A stretch of DNA of 64,000 nucleotides from Paramoeba atlantica (lineage: Eukaryota > Protista > Discosea). Under the pieces are notes generated by a model. It did no database searches. It was not told the origin of the DNA and was given only the letters and a program-made list of their open reading frames with translations. Shown here one piece after another: positions 31,775-43,224 of the stretch. The DNA is taken from positions 744,001 to 808,000 of the forward strand of contig CDRNVI010000003.1 of NCBI GenBank assembly GCA_977017575.1. The letters run 5' to 3'. Numbering within the stretch: position 1 is the stretch's first letter; every line of letters begins with the position of its first letter. The position numbers were made by a program, and so were the translations under genes.

Positions 31775-34700
31775 TTTTTTTTTTTCGTCGTCGTCTAACG
31801 GGACATTCTCGGAGGCATTTCTCCTGTGAAATCCTATAAGCTCACTACAGCAGGAAGCCACGTAGGAAAATGAGAAATGTGCTCCTTCCCCCCTTCTCTC
31901 AATTTTCGAAGAGAAACTATCTCCGTATAAAATAGAAAATATATAATATTTAGATGTCAACGGATATTATCTCTCAGCTATTTCACCATTATAGAATATT
32001 TCTAAAATCTATTACTTGTCTTCGAGGTGCTCCCGAAGTTGGGAGTATACCACGAGGCCGTTGAAGTTTTGCAACAGTAGCTTGAACGAGAGTTCCGTCT
32101 CGCGGGCGCTCAGAAGACAAGCGTCTGCCAAGCCTCTGATCAGATTGCGTGTGTTCGCGTGTAGTGATCCGGAGGATAGAATCGGAATGCATTGGAACGA
32201 TTCTTGGGCGATCATTCCCGTTGCGACGTAAGTTTCCATTTTGCGATGAATGACGTCACGGATCAATTGAGAGCTTTTCTTATTTATGTGGGAAGGTGTC
32301 ATCTCGTGCACGACGGTAAGATCATAAAATATAGCTCCTGTGTCCCAGTATATCACAAGGTCTGGCCCAGATCGATGAAGGTGCCGTCCTGTACATATTT
32401 TACTGTGCGTAGGTTGGCTTTCTCGGCTTACCACATTTCTACACGTAGTGCACGTCCAGTTACTGAATGCTCGAGGTTCACTCTCACATGGTATCCCTGC
32501 GCGCATGCAAAGGTCGTGCAAGAATTTCACCAGCATGTTGTGCTTCACGGAGGCATTGATACCAGAGCATTGCGCACATCCACTGATGTGAGTGAGAGCT
32601 GATCTGTTGTCGAGTATGGAACGGCATCCTGGGCATAGCAAGCTTTTCGGCAGGCGCGGATGTTCTATCCCCAATCTCGGCATTATGGCTAATTCAAAAA
32701 CGTGGGGTGGAATATATCTCGTATGTGACATAAGCCAGTCGTAACTCCCTTTGGTGGTAGTGGCCCTCAGGATTGGTGCTATTTCTGGATCGTTAAAGAG
32801 TTTGTTCCAGGCATGTTCGTGGAGTTTCGCAGCTGTGGCGAGTTCGTCTGTAGGGGGGGGTGACGTATTTTTCTGAACTGAATTTACGCTGTCGGTGCAC
32901 CTGGCTTCCGTTGACGTGGCTCGAGCTGAAAAGGATTTTCTTTTCTTCAGAGCCGCGTGTCTGGACGCATTGTATGCTGCTTCTCGCGTGTGGTAGCATG
33001 ACGTGAGACCCAACCCTCCCTTCTTAATTGGTAGACGTGCGATGTCCATCTGTTGTTTTTGCAATTTACCCAACCAGGTTTCTAGGACTTCTTCCACTTG
33101 ATTGTCGAAGATCTGTGCGCATTTTTCGGTGGCCGCTGGGCTGTGCACTCTCATGTGAAATTGCTGTCGTACATTGACACACTTCGACAGGATTATAAGC
33201 GATGCGTTGCTCATGCCCATCGATTTCAGTCGTCTGAATATGTCCTTGTGTTTGTCGACTCGCTGTAGTAACTTCTCACTTATCGTTTCCTCCTTCCCTA
33301 TAAACGCTCCAAGAATTTTGGTCGCATCTTCTTCATTCCGGACCCCCACTTCCTTCAAGCTCGTTGGCATCTCTGTACCTTGCAGTCCGCCGAACCATAC
33401 ACATTTCTGAGCGGAGAGCTCAATGCTGCTCTCTGCCAGTAATGCTTTCAGGCGTTCAAACGCTTTTGCTATCTCGGAAGGCGTATGTGACGTGAGATTG
33501 ATGTCGTCTATGTATGCATGGATTTCGATCTCTGGATGTTCAGCTGCCAGGGTTTCGAGGATCGGTTGGAGATATGCACAAAAATACAGCGTCGAAAGTG
33601 GCGAACCTTGTCGTACTCCGGCTTCGCTAAGAACTTTTCCTGCGAGCGTGCCCTCACTTCCATAAAACAGCAATTCAGAGGCTTCAGCATACTCGGCTAG
33701 GAAGAAACGTTGAAAGGGCTGAAGAGTTGAGAGTCCAAATACATGTTTCGCGATGTCGGCCCGTGACGGTGAGTTGAAAGCATTTTTTAGATCAACCGAG
33801 AGGATCGACTGACCTTCGCAGTATCGTTCATGCAACGTGTGGACAATTTTTTCGCAACCTGCCTTTGCCATAATACCTTGTTGCGTAGGGGCGAATAGCG
33901 GCTCAAGCGCGTTTTCGTACCTTTGGAACAAGACTATGCCGGCTAGCTTTCCAAACACTTCGCCCATCGCAACTGGACGAACTCCCCCGTCCGCTTTTGG
34001 TATGGCAATTAGTCGGGCCCTGTTTAGGCGTTGTAGTACTTAACGAGATACAAAACCGTTTATTAAGTCGGCGATCATGTGGCAAAGGTTCAAGCAACAC
34101 ACTTCATCGTCGAGAAGAAGTCGAAGAACGCTATCCGTCGTTCCCGTGGGACCTGGGCTCACGCCTTTGCTGAGCCGTCGCCCAGCTGCCCTCAGCTCCT
34201 CCACCGAGATACCAGCGATTATTGGGGCTGCTTCCGGAAGATGAATTTTATATTCGTTTTTCGGGTGCAGTGCCTGCAACTTTTCCAACACTTGTTCGTC
34301 AGAAAGCTCTAGTCTTCGAAAGGGTTGATCAAGCACCTTAGTCGCTTTGGAAGTACACCCTTCCAGGGCTAGCCGTATCGACTTTTTGATCGCTCGTCTG
34401 TCGCCCGTCGAGCTATCAAGGTCTGCATCCGTTCTGTCCTCTCCTTCGGCTTTTTGTGAATTTATGGGCGTTCTCCTTCGTCGTCTACCATTCGCAAGTC
34501 TTACAGTTGCAAGGGACAATTTCATCGCAGACATCATTTGATTCCAAATCTTGTTCCTCACAGGATAATCGCTTTTCCCATATGTACTAATTATGTCACG
34601 ATAGGTGGCGAGCACGCATGGAATGAAGTCTGGTGAGAAGTTTCGGGCGGTTGGTATCGGTAGGTGATCGACGTCCTCTTCCGGTGCACGTGTGGCTTCT

Positions 34701-35212
34701 CCCATTGAAATACACTCTTGAGTTGCATTTTCTGGTGAAGCATAGTCGATAGGAGGTGGTGCGCAATGCCACAAAACTTGGTACACGCGAACGTTTTCTT
34801 GCGGTGGCAGGGATCCGCTGAACTCCTCTCCTGTTTTGTGTCCGTGTAAGCCATTGTAGGTTATGTTCAGCTTCCCTTTCCCTCCGCGCTTATAAGTTTT
34901 AGTTACCTTCCCAAGAGACACGTTGAGCGTTACTTGTCGGCCCCAAGTCCACGCTACCGTACATGCAGTTCCCTTTTTCACCATGTTCGACTTTAGCCAT
35001 ATCTCTTCAGGGGGAAAAGGGAACTGGGATATGGGCTTCGTGTTTTGCATGAGATTTAGAGCTCTGTACCGTGCTTGTTCGACGCCGCTGCCTACGAATA
35101 GAACGGCGCTGCGTTCCGCAATACGATGAGCGTTTTGTGCGTCTCCGCCCATGTTCTCTGTCATATCCTCGCTCATGTTCCCGGCCGCATCCTCGCACTC
35201 AAAGAAAGACAC
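31775..35212 (-). mobile_element. 5'-truncated CRE-B element with one in-frame premature stop at 34040
   Basis: ORFs 34040-35212 and 32012-33967 are in the same frame; complete RT and REL motifs; A-tract near 31773-31785. Confidence 0.85.
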
Positions 35213-35259
35213 CTCCCCTCTTTCACGCCCTGGGCTTTCCGTCTGCCCCTTATCATTGC

Positions 35260-35423
35260 TATCATCGCGTGAGGGCGCCGCCCGGACCCCTGTTTCCCAG
35301 AGAGACTTCTCTCTGTGGGCTCAACCCGGCCTTGCTGCATTCAGCGGAGAATTGTTCCGCTAGGGCGTTGTGCCTTGTAATGATTCCGTGGCCGCACTTG
35401 CAGGCTAGCGCATGGTCCCCCCC
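35260..35423 (-). pseudogene. CRE-A fragment (GGDHALACKC..GALTR), the continuation of 47352-49640
   Basis: Translation matches the CRE-A CCHC region. Confidence 0.75.
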
Positions 35424-35816
35424 AAAAAATCCAAAATCCAAAAAAATCCAAATCATTCCGGATTGCTCCGGATGGTCACTGGCAAGCCAGACCCTTCACA
35501 GACAGATTTGGAAGTTCCGAGGCCGACGTCCTCTACCAGTTTCCGCTTGTCCAAGGCGGCACCAACGTGCTGTTGCCAACACGCTGCGTCGACGAACTGT
35601 ACGTCAACACGGCCCACCCAAGAGGTGTAAGCCGGGTAAGGGAGCTGGTTCCCTGAGGGGAGGGTCCGGGACGGTCCTCCGAGTACTGGGCCTAGTCGGT
35701 TATCAGCCCAGCCTCTTAGAGTGAGGCCGCCAGGAATATTGCGATGAGCGGGTTTGAACTCGCCGTCTGAGCACCATGTGCTTCAAACTTTGAATTCTTG
35801 CCACTCCGCCACCTCC
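35424..35816 (-). mobile_element. tRNA-headed SINE, copy 2, abutting the 5S 3' end
   Basis: Near-identical to 36103-36490. Confidence 0.8.
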
Positions 35817-35822
35817 ACTTTA

Positions 35823-35941
35823 AGAGTAAAACACTCAGGGTTCCCGAGCGATCGCTCACCTCAGTACTAACTGAGCCTGACGGTGCTTAACTTCACAAAG
35901 CGAACGGGATGTGGTGTTTTCACCGTAGTATGGTCGTACCC
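35823..35941 (-). rRNA. 5S rRNA (one mismatch near the 3' end; T-tract terminator lost)
   Basis: GGGTACGACCATAC...GTGTT(T)TACTCT, 119 nt, kinetoplastid-type ends. Confidence 0.92.
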
Positions 35942-36102
35942 GGCGTAACTTGTGAAATCCCCACTATGAAAGAAGTATTTTCCACGACAATCTGCCTCAT
36001 CCTGAGTGTCCCACAGAGGCGCTACTCACCATGTTTACGCTAGCGCAGTGGCTTCCGGGGTTTTTATCATTCGAAAAGGTCACACGGGCTGAGGATCGAA
36101 CC

Positions 36103-36490
36103 GAAAGAGCGGAGGTGGCGGAGTGGCAAGAATTCAAAGTTTGAAGCACATGGTGCTCTGACGGCGAGTTCAAACCCGCTCATCGCAATATTCCTGGCGG
36201 CCTCACTCCAAGAGGCTGGGCTGAGAACCGACTAGGCCCAGTACTCGGAGGACCGTCCAGGACCCTCCCCTCGGGGAACCAGCTCCCTTACCCGGCTTAC
36301 ACCTCTTGGGTAAGCCGTGTTGACGTACAGTTCGTCGACGCAGCGTGTTGGTAACATCACGTTGGTGCCGCCTTGGACAAGCGGAAACTGGTAGACGACG
36401 TCGGCCTCTGAACTTCCAAATCTGTCTGTGAAGGGTCTGGCTTGCCAGTGACCATCCGGAGCAATCCGGAATGATTTGGATTTTTTTTTT
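36103..36490 (+). mobile_element. tRNA-headed SINE, copy 3 (388 bp)
   Basis: A box 36116-36126, B box 36166-36176, T-rich TTTGGA tail; perfect 10-bp TSD GGATCGAACC at 36093-36102 and 36491-36500. The empty site is present at 37945-37954. Confidence 0.88.
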
Positions 36491-36560
36491 GGATCGAACC
36501 TCCGTGCAAGTGTTTTGACATTCAGCACATGGCTACAGTTTGCCACGTGTTGCGAAAATT

Positions 36561-36636
36561 GACGGGGCGGGAATCGAACCAGGAGTTTGGTTCGTCAGCC
36601 TCAGAAAAGCACGCCCTGCCACTAGACAAGTTTCCA
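36561..36636 (-). promoter_or_regulatory. Degenerate tRNA-like element (A box and B box) between SL and 5S
   Basis: TGTCTAGTGG and GGTTCGATTCC followed by TTTT; no complete cloverleaf. Confidence 0.45.
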
Positions 36637-36728
36637 GGTTACATTTTGGGCTAAGACTCGTGGAACAACAAGTTCATCAGTTTGACAAAAGCGAACAATG
36701 AGCTCTGGTGGTTGGTAAAGCCCTTGTT

Positions 36729-36836
36729 AACTTTAACGATAAAGATACAGTTTCTGTACCTTGTTGGTATGAGAAGCTTCGAACTCTAAGTTCGCTTGAA
36801 GGCCCCGGTTCCCGAGAAGGGAGCTGGGGCTTATTT
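36729..36836 (+). ncRNA. Spliced-leader RNA gene (38-nt exon 36729-36766, GT donor)
   Basis: AACTTTAACGATAAAGATACAGTTTCTGTACCTTGTTG|GTATGAGAAGCTT, then two hairpins. The 3' end is estimated. Confidence 0.92.
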
Positions 36837-37670
36837 GCGTTACAATAACTGTCAACAGGCAGTCTGACTCGCAAAATCGGACTCCACCGATAAATAGGCA
36901 GGATGGCATGTTCATTAACGTCTAAAAATATGCGGCACCGCAATTTAAATCTGCACCCATCCTAACACATCACACAATATATCAACCAATCTTGTTGGTC
37001 ATCCGCAATCCCGGTCAATTCTTCCTACAAAGATCTCAACGACACGGCGCCCGCACATTGATAATGCATACGACCGGCTCCGAATACGCGGAACGCTTCT
37101 GCCCACACCTTTGTCTGCGGGGGAAAACCTCCGAATGCGTTGTGAGTCGATCAGTAAACGGAAATCTTCCTTAGATGGGAGCTTACGTGTGTTAGGCTAT
37201 CTGTTCGATACACCGCAGCAGCAAGGTGACACCTCTCGATGCCAGAGGATTCCGCTTCCTCGGTTTGCAGACGTTACATCCATCCCACCACCTGCTCCAG
37301 TAGCGTGGCACCGCACTTCCTAACGGGGAGTATGGGGATGTAAAGGCACTTATGCCATATCGATACTCCACAGAGTATCGACCGTTCAGCGACCAGGCAC
37401 TTTCCTCCAAGTTTCCCTGCCTTCTCAGGGGAGGCGACATCATTGAACAAGGGTAACCGCCTGTTTTACATACATTCATACATACAAAGGCATCTATGCG
37501 CCCTGTATTATAAAGCCGTACGTAAAAATCACAGCGTCCCGAGGACTCAATGCCGATTCGAAACGCAACTAGGCCCTTGAGGTGAGAGAGGCAAAGACGA
37601 CATTGAAGAAAATCTCGTGAAACGTCGTGAAAGGTCGTCGAAATCTCACCACCTGATTCCTCTTGCATTT

Positions 37671-37674
37671 AAAA
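37671..37674 (-). terminator. Pol III T-tract after 5S
   Basis: TTTT immediately 3' of GTACTCT. Confidence 0.6.
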
Positions 37675-37793
37675 AGAGTACAACACTCAGGGTTCCCGAG
37701 CGATCGCTCACCTCAGTACTAACTGAGCCTGACGGTGCTTAACTTCACAAAGCGAACGGGATGTGGTGTTTTCACCGTAGTATGGTCGTACCC
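37675..37793 (-). rRNA. 5S rRNA
   Basis: 119 nt, GGGTACGACC...GTGTTGTACTCT. Confidence 0.95.
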
Positions 37794-38014
37794 GGCGTAA
37801 CTTGTGAAATCCCCACTATGAAAGAAATATTTTCCACGACAATCTGCCTCATCCTGAGTGTCCCACAGAGGCGCTACTCACCATGTTTACGCTAGCGCAG
37901 TGGCTTCCGGGGTTTTTATCATTCGAAAAGGTCACACGGGCTGAGGATCGAACCTCCGTGCAAGTGTTTTGACATTCAGCACATGGCTACAGTTTGCCAC
38001 GTGTTGCGAAAATT

Positions 38015-38090
38015 GACGGGGCGGGAATCGAACCAGGAGTTTGGTTCGTCAGCCTCAGAAAAGCACGCCCTGCCACTAGACAAGTTTCCA
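38015..38090 (-). promoter_or_regulatory. Degenerate tRNA-like element, second unit
   Basis: Copy of 36561-36636 at +1454 bp. Confidence 0.45.
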
Positions 38091-38182
38091 GGTTGCATTT
38101 TGGGCTAAGACTCGTGGAACAACAAGTTCATCAGTTTGACAAAAGCGAACAATGAGCTCTGGTGGTTGGTAAAGCCCTTGTT

Positions 38183-38290
38183 AACTTTAACGATAAAGAT
38201 ACAGTTTCTGTACCTTGTTGGTATGAGAAGCTTCGAACTCTAAGTTCGCTTGAAGGCCCCGGTTCCCGAGAAGGGAGCTGGGGCTTATTT
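38183..38290 (+). ncRNA. Spliced-leader RNA gene, second unit (exon 38183-38220)
   Basis: Matches 36729-36836; repeat period 1454 bp. Confidence 0.92.
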
Positions 38291-38639
38291 GCGTTACAAT
38301 AACTGTCAACAGGCAGTCTGACTCGCAAAATCGGACTCCACCGATAAATAGGCAGGATGGCATGTTCATTAACGTCTAAAAATATGCGGCACCGCAATTT
38401 AAATCTGCACCCATCCTAACACATCACACAATATATCAACCAATCTTGTTGGTCATCCGCAATCCCGGTCAATTCTTCCTACAAAGATCTCAACGACACG
38501 GCGCCCGCACATTGATAATGCATACTAAGCGGCACATTGATAATGCATATAGCACATTGATAATGCATCCAAATCCAAATCCAGTAGCATGGACGTGGGA
38601 CCGACAAACGACACTCAACATTTCGCTAGGAAAAGTGGT

Positions 38640-40747
38640 GGCAGAAAAGGCAAACCTTAAAATCAATGTTGGTCCACGGAAAACGGCTTGGATGACACTT
38701 GGAAAGGTGAAGGATGATAATACCGCCCTAGAAATAGACGGATTGGGGGAAATTCCTAGAGTACAAAAGTACAGATATCTTGGCAGCACACAGAACACCG
38801 AGGATACCTGTACGTCCCCCAAGGAAAGACTGCGACTAGGATGGGGTGTAATGCACAAGCTTCGCGCCATATGGAAGTCCTCTATCTCCTCTCATTGCAA
38901 ATTTCAAATTTTCAAAACACTCGTTCAATCCGTCGTGTACTACAACCCTGGCACATGGAATGTCAATCAGGCAGAACTTCACGATATTCAAGTTCAAGTA
39001 AATAGAATGCGCAGAATTGTATTTGGCGTAAAAAGTGCTTGTGACTCTCATCTCAGAACGGAATCGCTTTATCCTACTGACTTAAAACCGGAAACAGTAA
39101 TTAAGACACAGAGAGCTTCCTTGATAGGGCATCTTGTGCGCCATCCTACACCGTTTACTACAGCAGTACTATGGAGAACAAATGATGAGGCCTCTAAACC
39201 AACATTGTCCGAACGGTGTGCCCACGAACTACACTCTGATGTTACTGAAATTCTACAACTTGGACAAGATCGCCCCACATGGCGGAAGAAACTGGAAAAA
39301 CTACAGGTGGAGCTGGAACCACGGCCTTCTTACACAAAGTCTTGTTCTCGTGCTTGGGAAAAAAGTATTAAAAAGATATTGGAAAACAAGGACTACCAAA
39401 CTCTACAGTACGTGGAAGAAAGTAGCACCCCTTTTCCCATAAGCGACTCGGAAACACACTTATATACGGATGGGTCGCTCATTCCGGGTACAAAGAAACA
39501 ACTCCAAGGATGCGGCATAGTAATAATACGAAACAACGAACGTACATTATTCTACGGGACAAGACCTCCGGAAAAATTCTGTGATTCCATACAATCTATA
39601 GAGGCATATGCTGTTGTCGAGGCAATTTCTCTGGCTAGCAACTACGAGGGAGATGTAATACTTCACACGGATTCAGAGTACATATGGGATTTCTTCCACG
39701 AAACTGTGCATCGGTATCGGCTCATTGGGTTCCACTCATTCAAAGGGTGCGAAGTAATGAGATCCCTTCAAAACGCTTACTACAGTACAAAACATACTAA
39801 AAAATTCTACTGTATCAAGGTCAAATCACACAATGAAAATATGTACAACGATACCGCAGATTATTTAGCCAAAAAGGCGTGCAAGCTGGAAGGAAATGAA
39901 CTAGCTATAAAATACTACGGAGATATATTGCACGGCAATGCAAAGAGGAAATCAGAGCAAAATAATACCTCAAGATGTCGTAAAACTCAGAGGACTAGAA
40001 AAGGCACAAACCAAAGAGCAGTACCTGTATCTACGGGGCCCCCTTTGTCGGAAAACTCAAACGATTCACGCTCAACGAAACAACCCAAACGGAGCATTCG
40101 AATAAATGAAAAGAGGACGAAATCTCCCATACGCAAAGCTTCTTTACACAAGAAGACAAAGGGTATCAACTTAATTTCCATCCCCCCACAGATAACCAAT
40201 TCGAACGTAAGCATTGAGGTGAAACGAAATAAACCGCAAATGAAGCGTCTAAAAGATACAAGTTTGGACTTATCATCATCCCAGACAAAGAGTGAACCAG
40301 AAAATGAAAAGGAGTCACAAAAGCGAGTGAAAAGGACATCAAAGAAAAAACCTTGTTTTACAGCTAAAGGGAAAGACAAGAGTATAATTGATGTAAAAAA
40401 GCATGGAAATAAGCGGGAGAATTAGCCTTACGACATTAACTTTCCGATTTGAGAGATGCTATTGGAGCCTATGCTTCTGTTATATTTAAGTTAATTACCA
40501 TCAGATTTGGTGAATTAAAGAATTACGTTCGCTGACGTGATTGCGACGGTGAGTTGTCTTATAGTGTTCAAAAGCTAAGTACTAATGGTTCATAGAGATC
40601 GATTGATTAGGAGGCTTGAAATTGAAAGTCTGTTTGTTTTTGAAAAAATTTCTGTAAGTGTGTTCTGTGTTGATATTTTGAAGGTGGAAATATTTAGGGG
40701 AAATTTTTGAATCCTTTAACTGGGCTAACATCTCAGTGTTGGTTGGT
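38640..40747 (+). mobile_element. 5'-truncated APE-type LINE (RT C-terminus + RNase H) with (TTGG)n tail
   Basis: 13-bp TSD TAGGAAAAGTGGT at 38627-38639 and 40748-40760; YRYLGS, YTDGS, HTDS, VKSH..N..AD; homologous to 54308-56130. Confidence 0.88.
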
Positions 40748-42648
40748 TAGGAAAAGTGGTAAAAACGTACAAACGGGCATCCAAAGGTAAACTTACTATT
40801 CAATATACAGGAGTCGTTGGATATAAGGCAGGAGAGAATTTTGATGGATGTATCCCACCACAAGAAAACGTTCGTGTCTTTCAAATTCTGTGGCACTGCT
40901 CCCCTCCTCCGATAGATTTTACGACACCGGAAGTGCTTGAATACACACCGCCGGTGGGAAGCACCCAACAAACAGCTCCTGACGAAGACGTAGACCACCT
41001 ACCAGTGCCAACGGCGCGCAGCTTCTCCCCTGAGTTTGTGCCGTGCGTAGTTGCGGTGTACCGGGATATTATGTTCGCCTATGAAAAAAGCGAGTACGCT
41101 GGGCGCCACAAAATCTGGAATCAAACACTTTCAGCTATGAAAGTCTCTCTGGCAACAATTCGAAGCTCTAGCGGACGACAACGACGGCGGAAACCACACA
41201 AGGAGCACACGAGCCCGCAGGACGGCTCATCAGAAGAGGCAAAGACAACTGCCGATGACGTGCGAGCAGTAAAGAAAGCGACAAGACTCGTGCTTGAGGG
41301 GTGCTCCACTAAAGCGGCCAAGGTCATGGGTCAGATCTTCACCCGCAACAAGCTGTCCGACGCCGAAACGCTGGAAAAATTGCGAATGCTTCACCCTGCA
41401 CAAACATGTGACTTCAAACTGCCAGATGACGCGCCAATCATCGCCGGGGTCTCTCCAGAGGAGCTGCGTGCAGCAGGTCGAAGGCTAGCGAAGGGAGTCA
41501 GCCCAGGCCCAACGGGAACGACTGACAACGTGCTACGACTTCTGCTGGACGATGAAGTGTGCTGCACGAGCCTTTGTCACATGATGGCCGATCTACTGAA
41601 CGGTTTTCTTTCGCGACAAGTTTTACGGCGGCTAAACAGAGCGAGGTTGTTCGCTATCCCGAAACCAGATGGAGGCGTTCGGCCAGTTGCTATGGGAGAC
41701 GTTTTTGGAAAGTTAGCGGGAATCATTCTTTTTCAACGCTATGAAAATACCCTGGAGCCACTTTTTGCGCCAATGCAGCAGGGGATAATGTCAAAAGCGG
41801 GCTGCGAGAGGATAGTGCACACCCTTCACGAAAAATATTTGACAGGCCACTCCATCCTATCCGTAGACTTGAAAAATGCGTTCAACACCCCTTCCAGGAA
41901 TGACGTCGCAAAGCATGTTTTCGGTATCGCAACGCTCCGACCCTTCCAAAGGTATTTTGCGGCTGAATATTCCGAGCAATCTCAGCTTCTCTTCTACGGC
42001 AGCGAAGGTAAATTGGTCGACACAGTATCAAGTTCCTCAGGAGTAAAACAGGGATCGCCACTATCCACGCTGTATTTCTGCACATACCTACAACCTGTAT
42101 TGGAAACCCTTGCAGAAGAATTTCCTGGCATCAACATACATGCGTACATCGACGATATCAATTTGACATCCGAAGATCCGAATCAGCTCACGAACGCTTT
42201 TAAAAGGCTGAAGGCACTTGTCGCATCTAGCAATCTTGCACTATCGGCGCATAAATGTGTTTGGTTTGGTGGCATCCTCGGCAAGTCCATTCCAGAAGCT
42301 CTTCAAGCCGAAGGAGTACAAACCGAGAGCCAGGCCACTAAAGTACTGGGGGCTTTTATTGGAGAAAACGACGCCATCAGTCAAAAATTGCTCCAAAAGA
42401 TCGGCAAACAAGAAGTAATATTCCGCAGGCTAAAGCCAATGGGCATGAGTAACGTATCCCTCATCCTTTTGACAAAAAGTGTGAACGTTCGTCAACAGTA
42501 CTACATGAGGACACACAACCCCAAGGCCACGGATCAAACATGTAAACGTTTTGATAGCGAAATCGAGAACGTACTTCAAACATGGATGGGCACATTGCAG
42601 ACTAGACAAATTGACATAGCAAGGTTACCCCTGAAGAAAGGAGGACTT

Positions 42649-43224
42649 ATAAAGATACAGTTTCTGTACCTTGTTGGTACATTTTCCCTTTAGTTCATCT
42701 TTTCTTTCCCCGGAAACGGGCATAATCTTACTGTTTTATATGCCCGTTGCCGGCCGGCACTAAGGCCGAAACTGTCCCTCTTTCTCGGCGAAGTAGGGGA
42801 CGCGCTTCCACCCCATCACCCCTCCCGGGCTCACTCCTTGAGTGGGTTTTCTTCCCTCCCCGGCTTTCTTCCCTTCGCGCCCTTTTCTTCCCGGGGAGCC
42901 ATGCGCCATGGTGGCCTCCCTTGAGGACCACTGGGCGTGGCTCTGCCTCGCATTATCGCGAGGCAGCGGTCGGTTGCAGTGCGCCCCTCCGGCTGCGTAA
43001 AGAGGTGGTGAGTTGCCTGGGCCACCTCTACCGACTGGGACCGAGTCGGTTGCAGTGCGCCCCTCCGGCTGCGTAAAGAGAGGGCGAGTTGCCTGGACCC
43101 CCTCTACCGACAGAGTCCGAGCTAAACCCCCTTGGTGCGACATCCGTCAATACGGATTGTGCCGATGATATCGGCTGTCGCATCAAGGGCTGTATCTCTG
43201 CGCCAACGAGCGCATGAACATCAA
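42649..43224 (+). other. SL-headed insert (SL nt 11-38 plus about 550 bp GC-rich sequence)
   Basis: Interrupts CRE-B at LPLKKGGL|..ITACHP; contains two ~65-bp internal repeats. Confidence 0.7.

Noticed and set aside
36561-36636. Functional tRNA gene
   Set aside because: The T stem, anticodon stem and acceptor stem do not pair adequately; only the A and B boxes are convincing.
37192-37668. 158-aa ORF in the SL-5S spacer
   Set aside because: No recognisable domain, and it starts inside the 5S terminator region. Probably spurious, although not searched.
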